From Heterodontus francisci (taxonomy: Eukaryota), in assembly GCF_036365525.1 (NCBI RefSeq), contig NC_090373.1, forward strand, positions 64,238,441 through 64,302,440: 64,000 nucleotides of DNA, given 5' to 3'. The notes under the pieces were generated by a model, which was given only the letters and a program-made list of their open reading frames with translations, did no database searches and was not told where the DNA came from. The translations under genes and the position numbers were made by a program. Positions 50,050 through 62,752 of this stretch are shown here, piece by piece (the first letter of the stretch is position 1; each line of letters begins with the position of its first letter).

Positions 50050-51539
50050 CCTGGCTTAAATGGTGTAACTCTAAATTTTATGTTTCACTCAGAATTTACT
50101 TTCATTCGATCCTTCTGTTCTCAAATGTGTTCACATACATGTTGATCATTAGCTCTGCAGAGTAGCTGAGGTAGACTTGTGTGCATATGATGTGAAATGA
50201 TGAGTTTTTCTGCAGTTTTTCCAGTAGTTGAGTGAGGTGTCACTCCATAATTACGAATCAAGTGATATAGTTCTTGCTTCCATGATTTGTTCTCAGATTT
50301 TTTTAAGCTTTGCATAAATCTTTCAACTTCTCCATTAGCTCTCGGCCAATGGGGTGAGAATTTCTGATGACTGAACCGTAGGTAGTTTGTGTATTTACTG
50401 AACTCATCACTGTTGAATGGGTGTCCATTGTCACTTCTTACCGTTAGAGAGATTCCAAACAATGTGACGATATGGTCAAGTTTTTGGATGACTGCTTTTG
50501 TTGAAGTTGACGTAACTAATTCCACGATTGGGAATCTGCTGTAGTCATCAGTGACAACAAGTAGGTATTCACCTGTGGGCAAATCTGTGAAGTCAACGCT
50601 AACTTCAATCCATGGTCCTGGAGGTAGTTCAGATATTTTGAGAGTATCATGAAGATTTGACATTGTGGTTGCCTGACATGGCAAACACTGATTGATTTTG
50701 TGCTTTACCATGCAATCAATTTGTGGGAACCAGACCTTTTCCCTAAGGAGTTATTTGGTTTTGACAATTCCCTGCTGTCCTTCATGTGCTTTATTGACAA
50801 CACATTCCCCCGATGAGTGTGGAATGACAATATACTTGCTGTGTAATATGAGATCAGATGTGATTGTAATGGTGAGCTCATTTCAAACATAGTGAAGACC
50901 TTATAGTGTGTGAGCGATTTCGTTTGTAGACACTTTCTCAATCACAACTTTCCAGTTTCGTGATTCCACAGCCTTCAAATATAATTGCAAAGCCTCATCT
51001 TGTTTTGTTTCTGCTTTGATGTCAGCTAGTTTTAGTGACTTTGGCACTGCATTTATGCTTACGTAGTTAAGATGTTGTTCAGCAACCTTTTCCTCATGAC
51101 TAGTAGGAAAGACTGTCGGCTGCAGATTTCATTAAAGATAATCTGCTGGGCTGTGCTTATCTGGCTGATACTCAACATGGAACTCGTACTCTTGTAGTTT
51201 GAGTATCCAACGTTATATTCAAATGAATGGTTTCCTCTGTGGATTGTTTAACAAGCTCATTAGTGGTCTATGATTGGTTATAACCTTAAACTCGCTTCCA
51301 TATAAGTAAAGATGAAAGTATAAGATATGCCATGTGATTGAGGGTCTTTCTCTCTCTGTTTGTGAATAACGGTGCTCTATGGGCCTTAACAATCTGCTTG
51401 CCATCGCAATGATTGATGGGTTACCTGTCTTGTCTTTTTGTACAAGAACTGCACCTCAGTCAACAGGGCTTGCATGCAGGATGAGCTGGGTGGTTTTTTC
51501 AGGGTCAAATTAGGCATTTGTGCAACTTGCCAACAAATA

Positions 51540-54310
51540 TAAGAAAATAAGAAATAGGAACAAGAGTAGGCCATTCAGCCCTTTGAGCCCGCTTCACCAT
51601 TCAATAAGATCATGGCTGATCTTCTACTTTAACAGAATTGATGTTTTTGAACATGTAGAAATCTCAGTCTTGAACATACTCAACGACTGAGCCTCCACCA
51701 CCCTCTGGGGCAGAGAATTCCAAAGATTCCCCATCCTCTGAGTGAAGAAATTCCTCCTCAACTCAATCCTAAATGGCCTGGCCCTTATTCTGAGACTGTG
51801 TCCCCTGGTTTGGGACTCCCCCACCAGGGAAAACATCCTTCCTGCATCAGCCCCGTCAAGCCCCATAAAAAAAATTCTATGTTTGAATGAGATCACCTCT
51901 CATTCTTCAAAACGCCAGAGAATAAAGGACCAGTCCATTTAATCTTTCCTCACAGGAAAATCCCTCCATTCCAAGAATTAGTTTGGTGAACCTTTGTTGC
52001 ACTCCCTCTATGGCAAGTTTATCTTTCCTTAGGTAAGGAGACCAAAATTGCACACAATACTCCAGGTGCAGTCTCATCAAGGCTCTACATAATTGCAGTA
52101 AGACATCTTTACTCCTATACTCAAATCCTCTTGTAATGAAGGCCAACATACTATTTGTCTTCTTAATTGCTTGCTGTACTGCATGTTAACTTTCAGTGAC
52201 TCATGAACAAGGACACCCAGGTCCTTTTGAAATTCAACAATTCCCAGCCTCTCACCATTTAAGAAATACTCTGTATTTCTGTTTTTCCTACCAAAGTGGA
52301 TAACCTCACATTTTTCCACATTGTATTCCATCTGTCAAATTTTTTCCCACTCGCTTAGCCTCTCCAAATCCCCTTGAATTGTCTGTGCTTCCTCCTCACA
52401 ACTCACACTTCCACCTAGTTTTGCATCATCTGCAAACTTGGAAATATTACATTTAATCCCCACATCCAAATCATCGATATAGATTATGAATAGCTGGGGC
52501 CCAAGCCCTGATCCTGACAGTACCCCACTAGTCACAGCCTGCCAATCCGAAAATGACCCACCTATTCTGACCCCTGTTTTCTGTCCGTTAACCAGTTCTC
52601 AATCCATGCCAGTATATTCCCTACAATCCCATGTGCTCTAATATTGTTTATTAACCTCTTGTATGGGATCTTATCAGAAACTTTCTGAAAATCTAAATAT
52701 ACAACATCCACCAGTTCCCCCTTATCTATTCTACTAGTTACATCCTCAAAAAAACACCAAAAGATTTGTTAAACATGATTTCCCTTTCATAAATCCATGT
52801 TGCATCTGCCCAGTCCTACCATTATTTTCTAAGTGTCCTGTTATCACATCCTTTATAATAGATTCTAGCATTTTCCCTCCGACTGATGTTAGTCTAACAG
52901 GTATGTAATTCCCTGTTTTCTCTCTCCTTCCTTTCTTAAATAATGGCGTTACTTTTTCCACTTTCCAACCTACAGAGTCCATAGAATTTTGAAAGATGAC
53001 CATCAATGCATCTACTATCCCTACAGCCACCTCTTTCAACACTCTGGGATGCAGATCATCAGGTTCAGGGGATTTATCTACTTTAAGTCCCATTAATATC
53101 TGTAGTACTTTTTTAACTATTATTAATATCTTGCAGTTCTTATTTTACACTACTGCCATGAGTCTCCATTATTTCTGAATGGTGTTAGTATTTTCCTCAG
53201 ACAGACACAAAGGACTGAATTTTATAAGTTTCCCGCTGTTCTCGGCAGTGTACGCGCGACTTGTGTGGCACTGAGCCCCTACGATATTTCACGTGGGGGC
53301 TCATTTAAATGGAGGGGACAGAAGGACTGTCCCCAATAAGGAGGCGAGCACACTATCCCTGGCAGCGGTGTCCAGCGTCACCGGGCCAGTGTCGGTGCCT
53401 TTTGTATAGGGCTTCAAGCCTTTCAGGTAAATTAACAATTTTAAAGGTCTCGCTGGATGACAAATGTAAATAAAATTTAGTTTAAACTTTGAATCCCCAT
53501 TCACAAACCCCACCCCGCACTGAGTTCTCCATAAATAAAATGACCTATCCGCTCAAAAAAAACACTTTTTAAAATGCTGAACTTTAACCACCCCCCCCGC
53601 CCACCTTCAGCACTTTTGACCCTCAACCCCTTCCCACCAACCCCACAGCCAGTCTGAGCAGTTTTCCCCGCTCCCCCCACCCTCCTGGCCCTGCAAATTT
53701 CACTCCTCTCCCCTCCCCACCAATGTCGTGCCTCGGACCTCTTTATGGACATCTGAATGCACAGGAGTTCCAGCCAGCGGCTAGAATATCGACGTGGGAC
53801 AGCCGTCACTACTGGCTAAGTGTTTATTCATTACTTTTAATATGAGTAGCATATTCAGACGAAGGCTCCATCGCTGAGTGGCAGGGTGGGGGGGCCGCAC
53901 CGAGTCCTCACTGCCGCTGGTAAAATGCAGCGGTGTCTTCCTGGCCTCGAGGGTCATGGCAGGCTCCTCCTGGAAGAATTTTCCAGCCCACCCGCCACAA
54001 CCCCTGACGTTGGATGGCTGGTAATATTCAGCCCAAAGTATTTGTTTAGTTTCTCAGCCATTTCCTTGTTCCCCACTATCAATTCTCCTGACTTCACTTG
54101 TAATGGACCCACATTTGTCTTTGCTAATCTTTTCCTTTTTACATACCTATAGAAGCTTTTACAGTCTGTTTTTATGTTTTTCGCTAGTTTACTCTCATAT
54201 TCTATTTTCCCTTTCTTAATCTTTTTCTTGGTCCTCCTTTGCAGAATTCTAAAATTCTCCAAACCCTCAGGCGTACCATTTTTTGGCAACTTTTTACACA
54301 TCTTTCTTTG
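51540..54310 (-). mobile_element. CR1 LINE, truncated and degraded
   Basis: KSFYRYVKRKRLAK, KVDKSPEPDDLHPRVL, QHGFMKGKSCLTNLL, KFADD, LEYCVQFWSP, RRNFFTQR. Confidence 0.92.
53212..54034. mobile_element. GC-rich Harbinger-type MITE in CR1
   Basis: TIRs ggactgaatt...aatattcagccc; TSD aaa/aaa; removal rejoins CR1 'gacacaaagtatttg'. Confidence 0.85.
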
Positions 54311-54319
54311 CTCCACCAT

Positions 54320-54759
54320 ACAGGGAGGTTGCCCAGTAAAATTAGGTGACCTCCCTGTGGCCTTGGGGGGGCCCTCCTCCATGGGAGATCTTTGATCCAC
54401 TAAGGGCTCTGGCCACCAAACAACTCACCTCGTTGGAACCCCTTTCCCTGTACTCAATATCCACCCTCACCCCTCCCATCACCGGGGCCTGCTGAACAGG
54501 CCCTGGCAACCCTGCTTCAGTTACCTGGGGTCTGGGGCTCCAGCATCGGGCCACCACTTCTGAAGACACTGCCAGTACTACTGAGCTGACGGCCCTGTGA
54601 TTGGCCGAGCTCTTGGCGGTGGAACCCATATCTTTAAAAAGATGGGGATCCTGCCGCCAGACTGTTAACTGCTCAGTCACCATGGAATTGCCTGGGGCGG
54701 TGGAGCTCCAAATGGCCGAGACAAGCTGGAAGCCCTGCCAGTGCCACAAAATTCAGCCC
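54320..54759. mobile_element. Partial GC-rich MITE
   Basis: Ends aaaattcagccc; homologous to the 62018-62752 and 48123-48871 right halves. Confidence 0.7.
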
Positions 54760-55109
54760 TATGTGGATGTTTAAGGCTGGTTCAGTGGCGTAGTGGGACG
54801 ATAAATCACTATGAAACCGCTGCCCCAAAACTCGGCGTCTTTCCGTAGTATCCCGTTTTCGTCAGAGGCAGGAAAGTACCACAGCAGTATTGATGTCCTG
54901 ATGCAACAGCAACCTAATTTAAATTGGTGTTTAACATGAATTTCAATGTAATTATTCCTGATTTAATGACTGGACCATTATTTTGTGAATGGTGTGTGGC
55001 ACTCATGGGCCTTCAGCTTTGCAACCGTTGAAAGCTGGTGACATCGAGGTAAGAGACTGTGGAGCCACAACAGGGAGATATCCCGACCATTACAGCATAG
55101 GGGAAGTGG

Positions 55110-55290
55110 GGGTTCTGTGGCTGTTGCTAGTCTGCTGATGTAGGGTCTGCAAGGGAGTTGTGTACACTAGGAGGGTATGGCTCTACAAAAGGGTTGTGTG
55201 AATTGGGGGGGGCTCTGCGAGAGGGTTGTGTGTATTGGGGGCACTGCAAGGGTCTAGGTTGGGTGTAACGGGGGGCATTAGAGGGTATCA
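55110..55290. repeat. Diverged ~30-bp G/T-rich minisatellite
   Basis: Recurrent 'ctgcaaggg..ttgtgt.....gggg' units. Confidence 0.5.
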
Positions 55291-55664
55291 TAAATGCAGT
55301 CTTTACGGTGTGTAGTTTCTCATGGTGCTGCAAAAGATGGTAACCCAACAGTAACCTGGCATCGACCTGGCAATGTGGAAAATTGCGCAGATATGTCCTG
55401 TGCACAAAAAGCAGGACAAGTCCAAAATGGCCAATATACCGCCCCATTTGTCTACTCTCTCTCATCAGCAAAGTGATGGAAGAGGTCATCGACAGTGCCA
55501 TCCTTGGTCTAACCTCTGCCATCCTGTCTACTCTTCCTGGGACGTGGTGGCGAGGGGATTGAGTGTTGAAGGAAACAGTGTTGTGACTTTTTACGACAAA
55601 TAGTAAACTGACCTTCTGTAGACCATAAGGCAGGAGTGAATGCAGGGCTGGCAGGCTAATTTCT

Positions 55665-58090
55665 CTTGTCAGTGAGCTTTGGATAAGTGAGCTTGGTAAA
55701 GTCGACAAACTGGTCAACTACATGAAAAAGATCTTCAAACACTGTCCTAGGCACAAACTTCAATACAGGCAACACATTGCAAATGTTGCTGAAATGGCTG
55801 AAATTGGGCAGCAAAACATTGCCCTTCCTCCAGAGTCAGTAATTACACATTGGAATTCTGGGTTTCAGGCAGTACAGTATCATGCAGCTTGTCTGAAATA
55901 CTATTCAGACTTCATCTCAGAAGAGCTCACACTGACACCAGAAACACAGGTTTTATCAGACATTGTAATCCTTCAAAATGATGCTCAGCTTAATGATGAG
56001 GTTCAGTTTGATGCTAAGAATGCTACACGACTGATGGATTTAATCGCTTGGTTTGAATCTTGGCACGTCACAATCCACAAAACTTACAATAAAGTATTGG
56101 ATGTATTGTTCTGGTATGAAGCACAGTCAAATGAACAACACTCCAATGACGCTGAATTACATGCCTATGCTCAACAGTTGGTTTCTTCCATGGCAAAGAA
56201 GCTCAAGCAATATTACTGCTATGGGGAAGAGTCAAGGGTGAAGACAAAGTGGCTCAGAGGTTTCAACTGAAGTGATTTATGACTTTAACCCCTTATAGGG
56301 ACTAAACCAAATCAGGCATACATCCATATAAGTCTCCTTTAATTAAGTTCAGACCAGACAGATTCCTGCAGACACTTGTTTGGGTCTGAAGATCTGAAAT
56401 ACTCTTCCCTCAAAGAAAGAAAACCAACAGAGAATATTACTATCTTTTGGATAGCCTATTTTTAAAAATAATTATAGCTAAGTCATAAGTATCCCAGATA
56501 TTATAAGGGTCTGGGAAACTCTCTTCAATAAGTATCTTCCCACTTCAGGAGACACAGAGAGGGGGTTCTTGTAGTTGTATACAGAATGCTACATGCAACA
56601 ATTTATTAATTTTTATATATTTATTAAAGAGTTGAACACACTTCAACTGGCTAAGTATACTACAATATCAAAGATTACGAAGAGATGTAAAACATAATCT
56701 TATTTCTAAAATAGAATCCAAAAGTTCAACCTTGATAATGTTACAGCAAAATATCTTAGAATATCCATCAAAAGTTAAAGCAAACTTTTACCTTAAATTC
56801 CGCGTGTACCATAGGTTGAGAAGCATTGATGAGGAATTCAATACTTCTGTTTTTTTTATTCAAAACTCTCATGTTTATACTGTTTCTAATCTATCATCTC
56901 ATCTTTTAGAATGTAAGTCTTACCTTTCTGTGTGCTTTTCCTGCTTTTGAGATCCATATATGGTAACATCATTAGCTCCCATTCCCTCATCATGTATTTG
57001 TTGTAAATTCCCTTCTCGAAGTTGTGAGCTTTTATCTGGTCAAAATGTTTGTAATTGGGTTTACTTGGCATCTGTTTTAGTAAATACCATTTCATTTTGT
57101 AATTTATTATCTGTAATTGTCTTTTTATGGTACCTTGTACCATCCTGTTGAGTCAGTCTGTCTAGATCACTAACTCTATCAACTAATTAAGTTTATAGTT
57201 ATCATTACTGACCTCACATATGATGTCCCAGTGTGTTTCATCTTCTAATTCCATTGTAGCAGAGACCTTGGAAGACCTTGGAATGGATTTAACTTAAACG
57301 ATGTTTCTGGTTCACATTCTATTGTAACAGGGATGTTTATGGATTTTTAACTCTGCCCTTAAAAGAGGAGTTCAGTGAGTCTTGAAAACTAACCATTTAT
57401 TCAATCTTTAATTCTGAAAGGTATAATGTATTAATTATATCTAAATTCTAGCTAATTAAGCCTATTATATCTATGTTTCATCACAACGCAACCTTCTGTG
57501 GTGTTCCTGAAAGCTGTGCATACCTTTGATCCCGCACAAATGCATCTGTTGATGTGGATTTAAACTCATTTGTTGCAATTCCTGACTTTGACAAGAACTG
57601 TAGGCTGGAGATTCCTGCTTATAATAGCATTGCAAAAAAAACAGATTGTACTTTGCCTGTGCTGGAGTTTTGGAACTCTGTGGAATGCAGAATCCTCCAC
57701 CTTGCAAGGCTACCAAGGCACTGTCTGACAATTGCAACAACTCTTGTGAATGCAGGGAGAGCTGTGGTTAAACATGGACAGGGAATGAAGAAAGAGAAAG
57801 TTGCAAGTTGCTCCATGCTCACATTCAACCATTGACTTCAGTGAGTAAAGTAAAGAATGTGACCTGTTTATAGTCAACTTTTTAAAATAATTTTTGAGTA
57901 TACAACAAATGGCATTTGAAGCCAGAAACCTCCCTTGTCTTTTGTTTTTGCTTTAAATAGACATTTTCATGGTTTGTTGCGACACCATTAAGGTTACAAT
58001 TTAAATACGCGAAACTGTGAAATTCGCAATTCTTAACATGCTGTGACCGTGAAATTTGTGAACTTTGACCATTAATTTGGTAGGGCCCTA
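55665..58090 (+). pseudogene. hAT transposase remnant (CGGBP1-related type) with 3' TIR, split by a ~1.2-kb insertion
   Basis: LISLVSELW...VDKLVNYMKKIFKHCP; LPPESVITHWNSGFQAVQYHA (TRWNS-like); after the gap QPSVVFLKAVHTFDP and dimerisation-domain-like EFWNSVECRILHLARLPRHCLTIATTLVNAGRA; subterminal gtgaaatt repeats; end aatttggtagggcccta. Confidence 0.75.
56300..57200 (+). mobile_element. Possible ancient L1/Tx1 3' relic inside the hAT
   Basis: Weak, ordered similarities: IIRVWETL, TERG, ILQYQRLR, YLKFRVYHRL, SHLLEC. Confidence 0.3.
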
Positions 58091-58169
58091 TGCATAGGGT
58101 ATTGGGGTGTATTAATAAGACAGTTGACGATGTGACAAGCCATCCTATTCTGTCCTTGTACAAGATCTT

Positions 58170-58640
58170 GCTCCGGCCTTAGTTAGACTATTGTGAGTTT
58201 TTGTCTCCTCACATGATAAGTCATATTGAGGCTTTGGAAAGAACTACTAGATTAATTCCCAGTTTGAAGCATCGTAGTTAGCAATACTGAATAAAGGGCT
58301 GCGACTCTACACTTGAACGAAGCATAGACTTAGGGGTGATTTGATCAAAGTTTGTCAGATGATGCAGGGAATAGATTGTGTTCAAATGGAAAATTTGTTC
58401 CAATTAAATAGATTAGGGTGGGCAGGAGTCATAATTTGAAATTGCGAAAGGCCAGATCTAGATTAGTTATCAGGAGATGGCTCTTTTTCCACAGAATAGT
58501 GGGCCACTGGAACAGGCTGTCAGCTTGTGTAGTGACAAATTCCTTCAAGAGAGAGTTGGACCTGTTTCTGGCTGAGGTGGATATCACCTTGCACAAAAAA
58601 TAGGTACTGCATAGCATTATCAGGGTTAGAGTGATCTCCT
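58170..58640 (+). mobile_element. Old CR1 3' relic
   Basis: RLRGDLI; FFHRIVGHWNRL...FKRELDLFL. Confidence 0.75.
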
Positions 58641-59341
58641 GTATATATAACATATCTATATAAAATTTACAACCATATTAAGATCCAATTAGGGAATCAG
58701 GAATATAATCAACATCCAAGCCACAGTCAAATAAGTGTGCTTAATTTCCAGACTGATGTCCTTAGAGAGCATACTATACTAATTAGCAATGTAACATAAC
58801 ACAAAACCATAAGCTATCAGATGCCAAAAACTGCTAAATGTAATCATAATTATTAGCAATACACTGTTATAGGGTTCTACAGCTCATGCAGTAGAGATGC
58901 CATGCTAAGCCTGTAGAGATGATATTACAGTCACCTGATTATCACTGTCATTGATGGAGAGAAAGCAATTGGTATTGAGCAGGGCAAGTTACCCCAAGGA
59001 AACTGAAAAGATTAAGGTGCCAGAAGGTATTGAAGGTAGTGCAAAGTTTGTGAAAACCGGAATCCTGTTAATGTGTATTTTAAACATCAGTCAATAAAGC
59101 ATTCCCCTCTAAATTACAGCTACACTTCCTGAAATGATTCAAATTTCTTCCTTGCCTTCAGCAATTTGGGTACATTTCCTTCATGGATGGAAAGCTTGTG
59201 AGATTCTGCTTGTTTGGCAACAATAATGGAATATTTTGGGAAACAGCATGATTTCAAACCTAGACATCTAACCACTTGAGTTCCTTTTCAGACTATATAG
59301 CAATAATGTCGATTAAAGCATTTTTATATTTTTTAAAATGA

Positions 59342-60500
59342 ATCATAGAATGGTTCCGACACAGAAGGAGGCCATTCAGCATGACACATCCATGCTGACT
59401 TGCTACAAGAGCAACTCATCTAGTCCTACTCCTTTGCCTTTTCCCCATAGCCCTGCAAATCTTTCCTCTTCATATAATTTTGAAGGCCTCAATTGAATCT
59501 GCCTCCACCACACTCTCAGGCAGTGCATTCCAGACCTTAACCTCTCACCGCATAATATGTTTTTCCTCATGTCGCCATTGCTTTTGTTTCCAATCACCTT
59601 GTATCAGTGTCCTCTGGTTCTCGATCGTTCTGCCAATGGGAACAGTTTCTTCCTATCTATTCTGTCCAGATCCCTCATGATTTTGAACACCTCGATCAAA
59701 ACTCCTCTTAATCTTCTCTTCTCCAAAGAGGACAGTACCAGCTTCTCCAATCTATCCACGTAACTGATAGTCTTCATCCCTGGAACCATTCTCATGAATC
59801 TTTTCTCCACCCTTTCTAATGCCTTCACATCCTTCTTGAAGTGTGGTGCCCAGAACTGGACATAATAATCCAGTTGAGGCTGAAACAGTGTTTTATACAG
59901 GTTTATCATAACTTCATAGCCTTTGTTCTAATTGCCCCTACTTATAAAGCCCAGGATCCTATATGCTTTATTAACCGATTTCTCAACCTGCCGTGCAACC
60001 TCCAATGATTTGTACACAAAGCCCCTCAGGATCCTCTGCCCCTGCACCCCCTTTAAAATTGTACTCTTTATTTTATACTGCCTCTCCTTGTTCTTCCAAA
60101 TTTCATCTGCTACTTGTCTGCCCATTCCATCAGCCTATCTATGTCTGCTTGAAGTTTATTGCTATCCTCCTCACAGTTCACAACAGTTCCAAGTTTTGTG
60201 TCATCCGCAAATTTTGAAATTGCCCTGTATGCCCAAGTCTAGGTCAATAATGTATATCAAGAAATGCAGGGGTCGTAATACCTTCCTCCAGTCCAAAAAA
60301 CAATCATTCACCACTACTCTGTTTCCTGTCACTACCAATTTTTCATCTATGCAGCTAATATCCCGTTTATTCCATGGGCTCTAACTTTGCTGACAAGCCT
60401 GTTATGTGGCATTTTATCAAATGCCTTTTGGAAGTCCATGTACACCACATCAACCACATTACTCTCATGTTACCTCATGAGAAAAAACTCAAGTTAGTTA
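59342..60500 (-). mobile_element. CR1 3' half
   Basis: LDYYVQFWAPHFKKDVKALERV...LEKRRLRG; KFADD; DFQKAFD. Confidence 0.88.
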
Positions 60501-60791
60501 ATTAAATACAATTTGCTCTTGATTACAGCTTTAAATTAAAATGCCATTATTGTATACTTAATAAGACAGAATTCCAGTGGTGGGGTAACACATAAACAAG
60601 TGGCTATCCACTCAACAAATGTACTGTTAACAGAAATAGAGCTGAATGCTTTGATAGTAAATTCCCAACTCTCTGCAATGATTGTATATTATCTCTTTCA
60701 CCAGCAACATTGTGTATATTGAACAGCTCTCAGCATGGCACCAGGACGCAACCACTTGGAAGTTATGGTTAAAAAAAAAATCATTTCTATT

Positions 60792-61975
60792 TGATACGGA
60801 CAGGTGAGAGATAATAATGATGGTTCCCCCTTTTCCACCTCTCAACTAACCAAAGACAGCACTTTTTTTTAAAAAGGCGATTTTAAAAAGTACTTTAATT
60901 ATCAAGAACAGAAAATGACAGGTTTTCTCATAAGTTTAAAAGAAAGAAAAATGTTGATTATATAGCACCCGAAATATACGCAACAACACCCACTCTCACA
61001 CTCATACAGATACTTACACATTCAAGAAAAGATTGAGACTGTAAAGATAACATGCGTTAGGCCTGATGATTTTTAAAGAGTTCTCTGTTAAACTTGCTTT
61101 TCCCCAGGGTGAAGACGTGAAACGGTACAGGCCTGTAATCTTTTCCCTTGCTCACTGAAGAAAGACTTGGGAGGTTCAGGAAGACGGATGCACTGTTGCA
61201 GACTGCTCTTGTTATATTCCAACCAAAGATCGATGGTGAAGTCCTGGTATGATTTCTCAGGTAGGGAGTTCAAGGCCAAACTCCAGTCGCTGCCTACATG
61301 TAGTTTAAAGCTGGTAATCTTAGGCAGGGTCATAGAGTCATAGAGTTATATAGCACAGAAACAGGCCCTTCGGCCCATCGTGTCCGTGCCGGCCATCAAG
61401 CACCTAACTATTCTAATCCCATTTTCCAGCATTTTCCTTTCTCTTCGGTGGCACAGATGGATTTCCTTCGTCTGCTCAGAATATACTATTATGAAGGCGC
61501 CTTGTCAGAAAGATAGTTTCTGTCATGTGATCATAGTTTCTTTTTCCATTGCCATTATAAATGTTTTCTGATGGTGAGGCCATTGTTAGACAATGAAGTC
61601 CGAGTGTCCTTCATCCTCAATTCACCCTGATCACACCCATTCTTTGGATTTTGAGTTTGGAGTCAAAAAGTCTGCAACGTCATTTTTAACTCAATCAGTT
61701 GGAGAGAAGCAGCCATTACCACAGAAATGGTCAGTTGCATTTTAATGATTTTTCAGGGATGTGTCCAGAAAGGTCATTTGTATTTTATTGACTTCTCCAA
61801 GACTTGTCCAGACATGAAAATTAGCTCAGGTTTCTTGTAGTTCTATGTATATTGGCAGGAAAGGAAAGGTCACCTGACCTGTGACTCCTTTTTTTTTACA
61901 AGAAAGGTGTCCATTTCGGGTTTACTTCATAAGTTCATTTTATAGTTCATTAGTTTGGATTGCGTGGGCATGACA
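60792..61975 (-). mobile_element. Solo LTR related to 5393-7227, with a CR1 tail inserted at ~61331-61432
   Basis: tgatacggacag...catgaca termini and shared first ~80 bp with the LTR at 5393. Confidence 0.7.
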
Positions 61976-62017
61976 ATATATAAGCTGACTTTTGTAGATG
62001 TAATTTTGCCACATGTG

Positions 62018-62752
62018 TGCCAGGATTTTATGGACCACCCTGAGGCAGGGACTGAGGGAGGGGAGCAAGGAGTATCACGACGTGTGGCGAGGGGAGTGGG
62101 AGACCTGTTGCTTCCCCGTCATCTCCCGTTGCCAAGTGATCATCCCTGGGACGGGATTGGCCGACGATGGCCTTCCCACCCAGATGCCAACTGAGGTTCT
62201 TAAGTGGCCTATTATCAGTCATTTAACAGCTTGTCCGCTGCCACTAGGATCTTACCAGCGGTGGAGGGGCCCTCTGCCATACGGTGATCGTGTCTTATAA
62301 CACAATTTATGCAATTTTGTGCAATTTATGGCCCATGGAGGACATTTCATGCCCCCCGAGATCCCCACTCCCTGGACAGCACGACCACTGCCCCATGCTC
62401 CCTTGTCAGGGCCTTGGACTGGCCCCGACGATCCCGCCTCACTTACCCGAAGTCCAGGGTTCCAGCACTGGGTCTGGGTCCAAGACATCTTCTGCAGTAT
62501 GGACAGTGTCCACTGCTCTTGGTTGCACTGCTGATGCTGCTAAGCTGCTGGTCCTGCAATTGGCCAGCAGCTCTTGGAGGAGGGATCCCCAACTTTAAAA
62601 AGACAGGGATCCTGGAGCGGGACACTAAGGCAAAAAAAAAGTGGAGGATCGCTCCGGGGGTAGGGGGAGGGGGCAGGAAAAGGCTGAGGCAGGGATCCCC
62701 CCTCCTTTCAGCCTGACTCTGGGAGCCCTGCCTCCTGCACAGAATCCAGCTC
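62018..62752. mobile_element. GC-rich Harbinger-type MITE
   Basis: Imperfect TIRs tgccaggatttt...agaatccagctc; TSD gtg/gtg. Confidence 0.78.

Larger units (their letters stand above)
47908..51535 (-). mobile_element. Gypsy-type retrotransposon 3' half: RNase H, integrase, PPT and 3' LTR
   Basis: RNase H ASRLLRPIEHRYSQTERE...HLYLYGSEFKVITNHRPL; integrase CLPCQ, PWIEVSVDF, VVTDDYSRFP, RSDNG, PHWPRANGEVER; PPT aagaaggggaggga (48090-48103) adjacent to LTR tggtg...catcaca (47908-48089) with AATAAA. Confidence 0.88.

Noticed and set aside
55127-55717. 196-aa minus-strand ORF
   Set aside because: Chimeric antisense read across a family B LINE fragment (~55355-55500) and a minisatellite.
56240-57470. 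Endogenous RNA-virus fragment (minus-strand IEESFPDPYNIWDTYDL...)
   Set aside because: No viral motif recognised; the plus strand fits an old L1 relic better.
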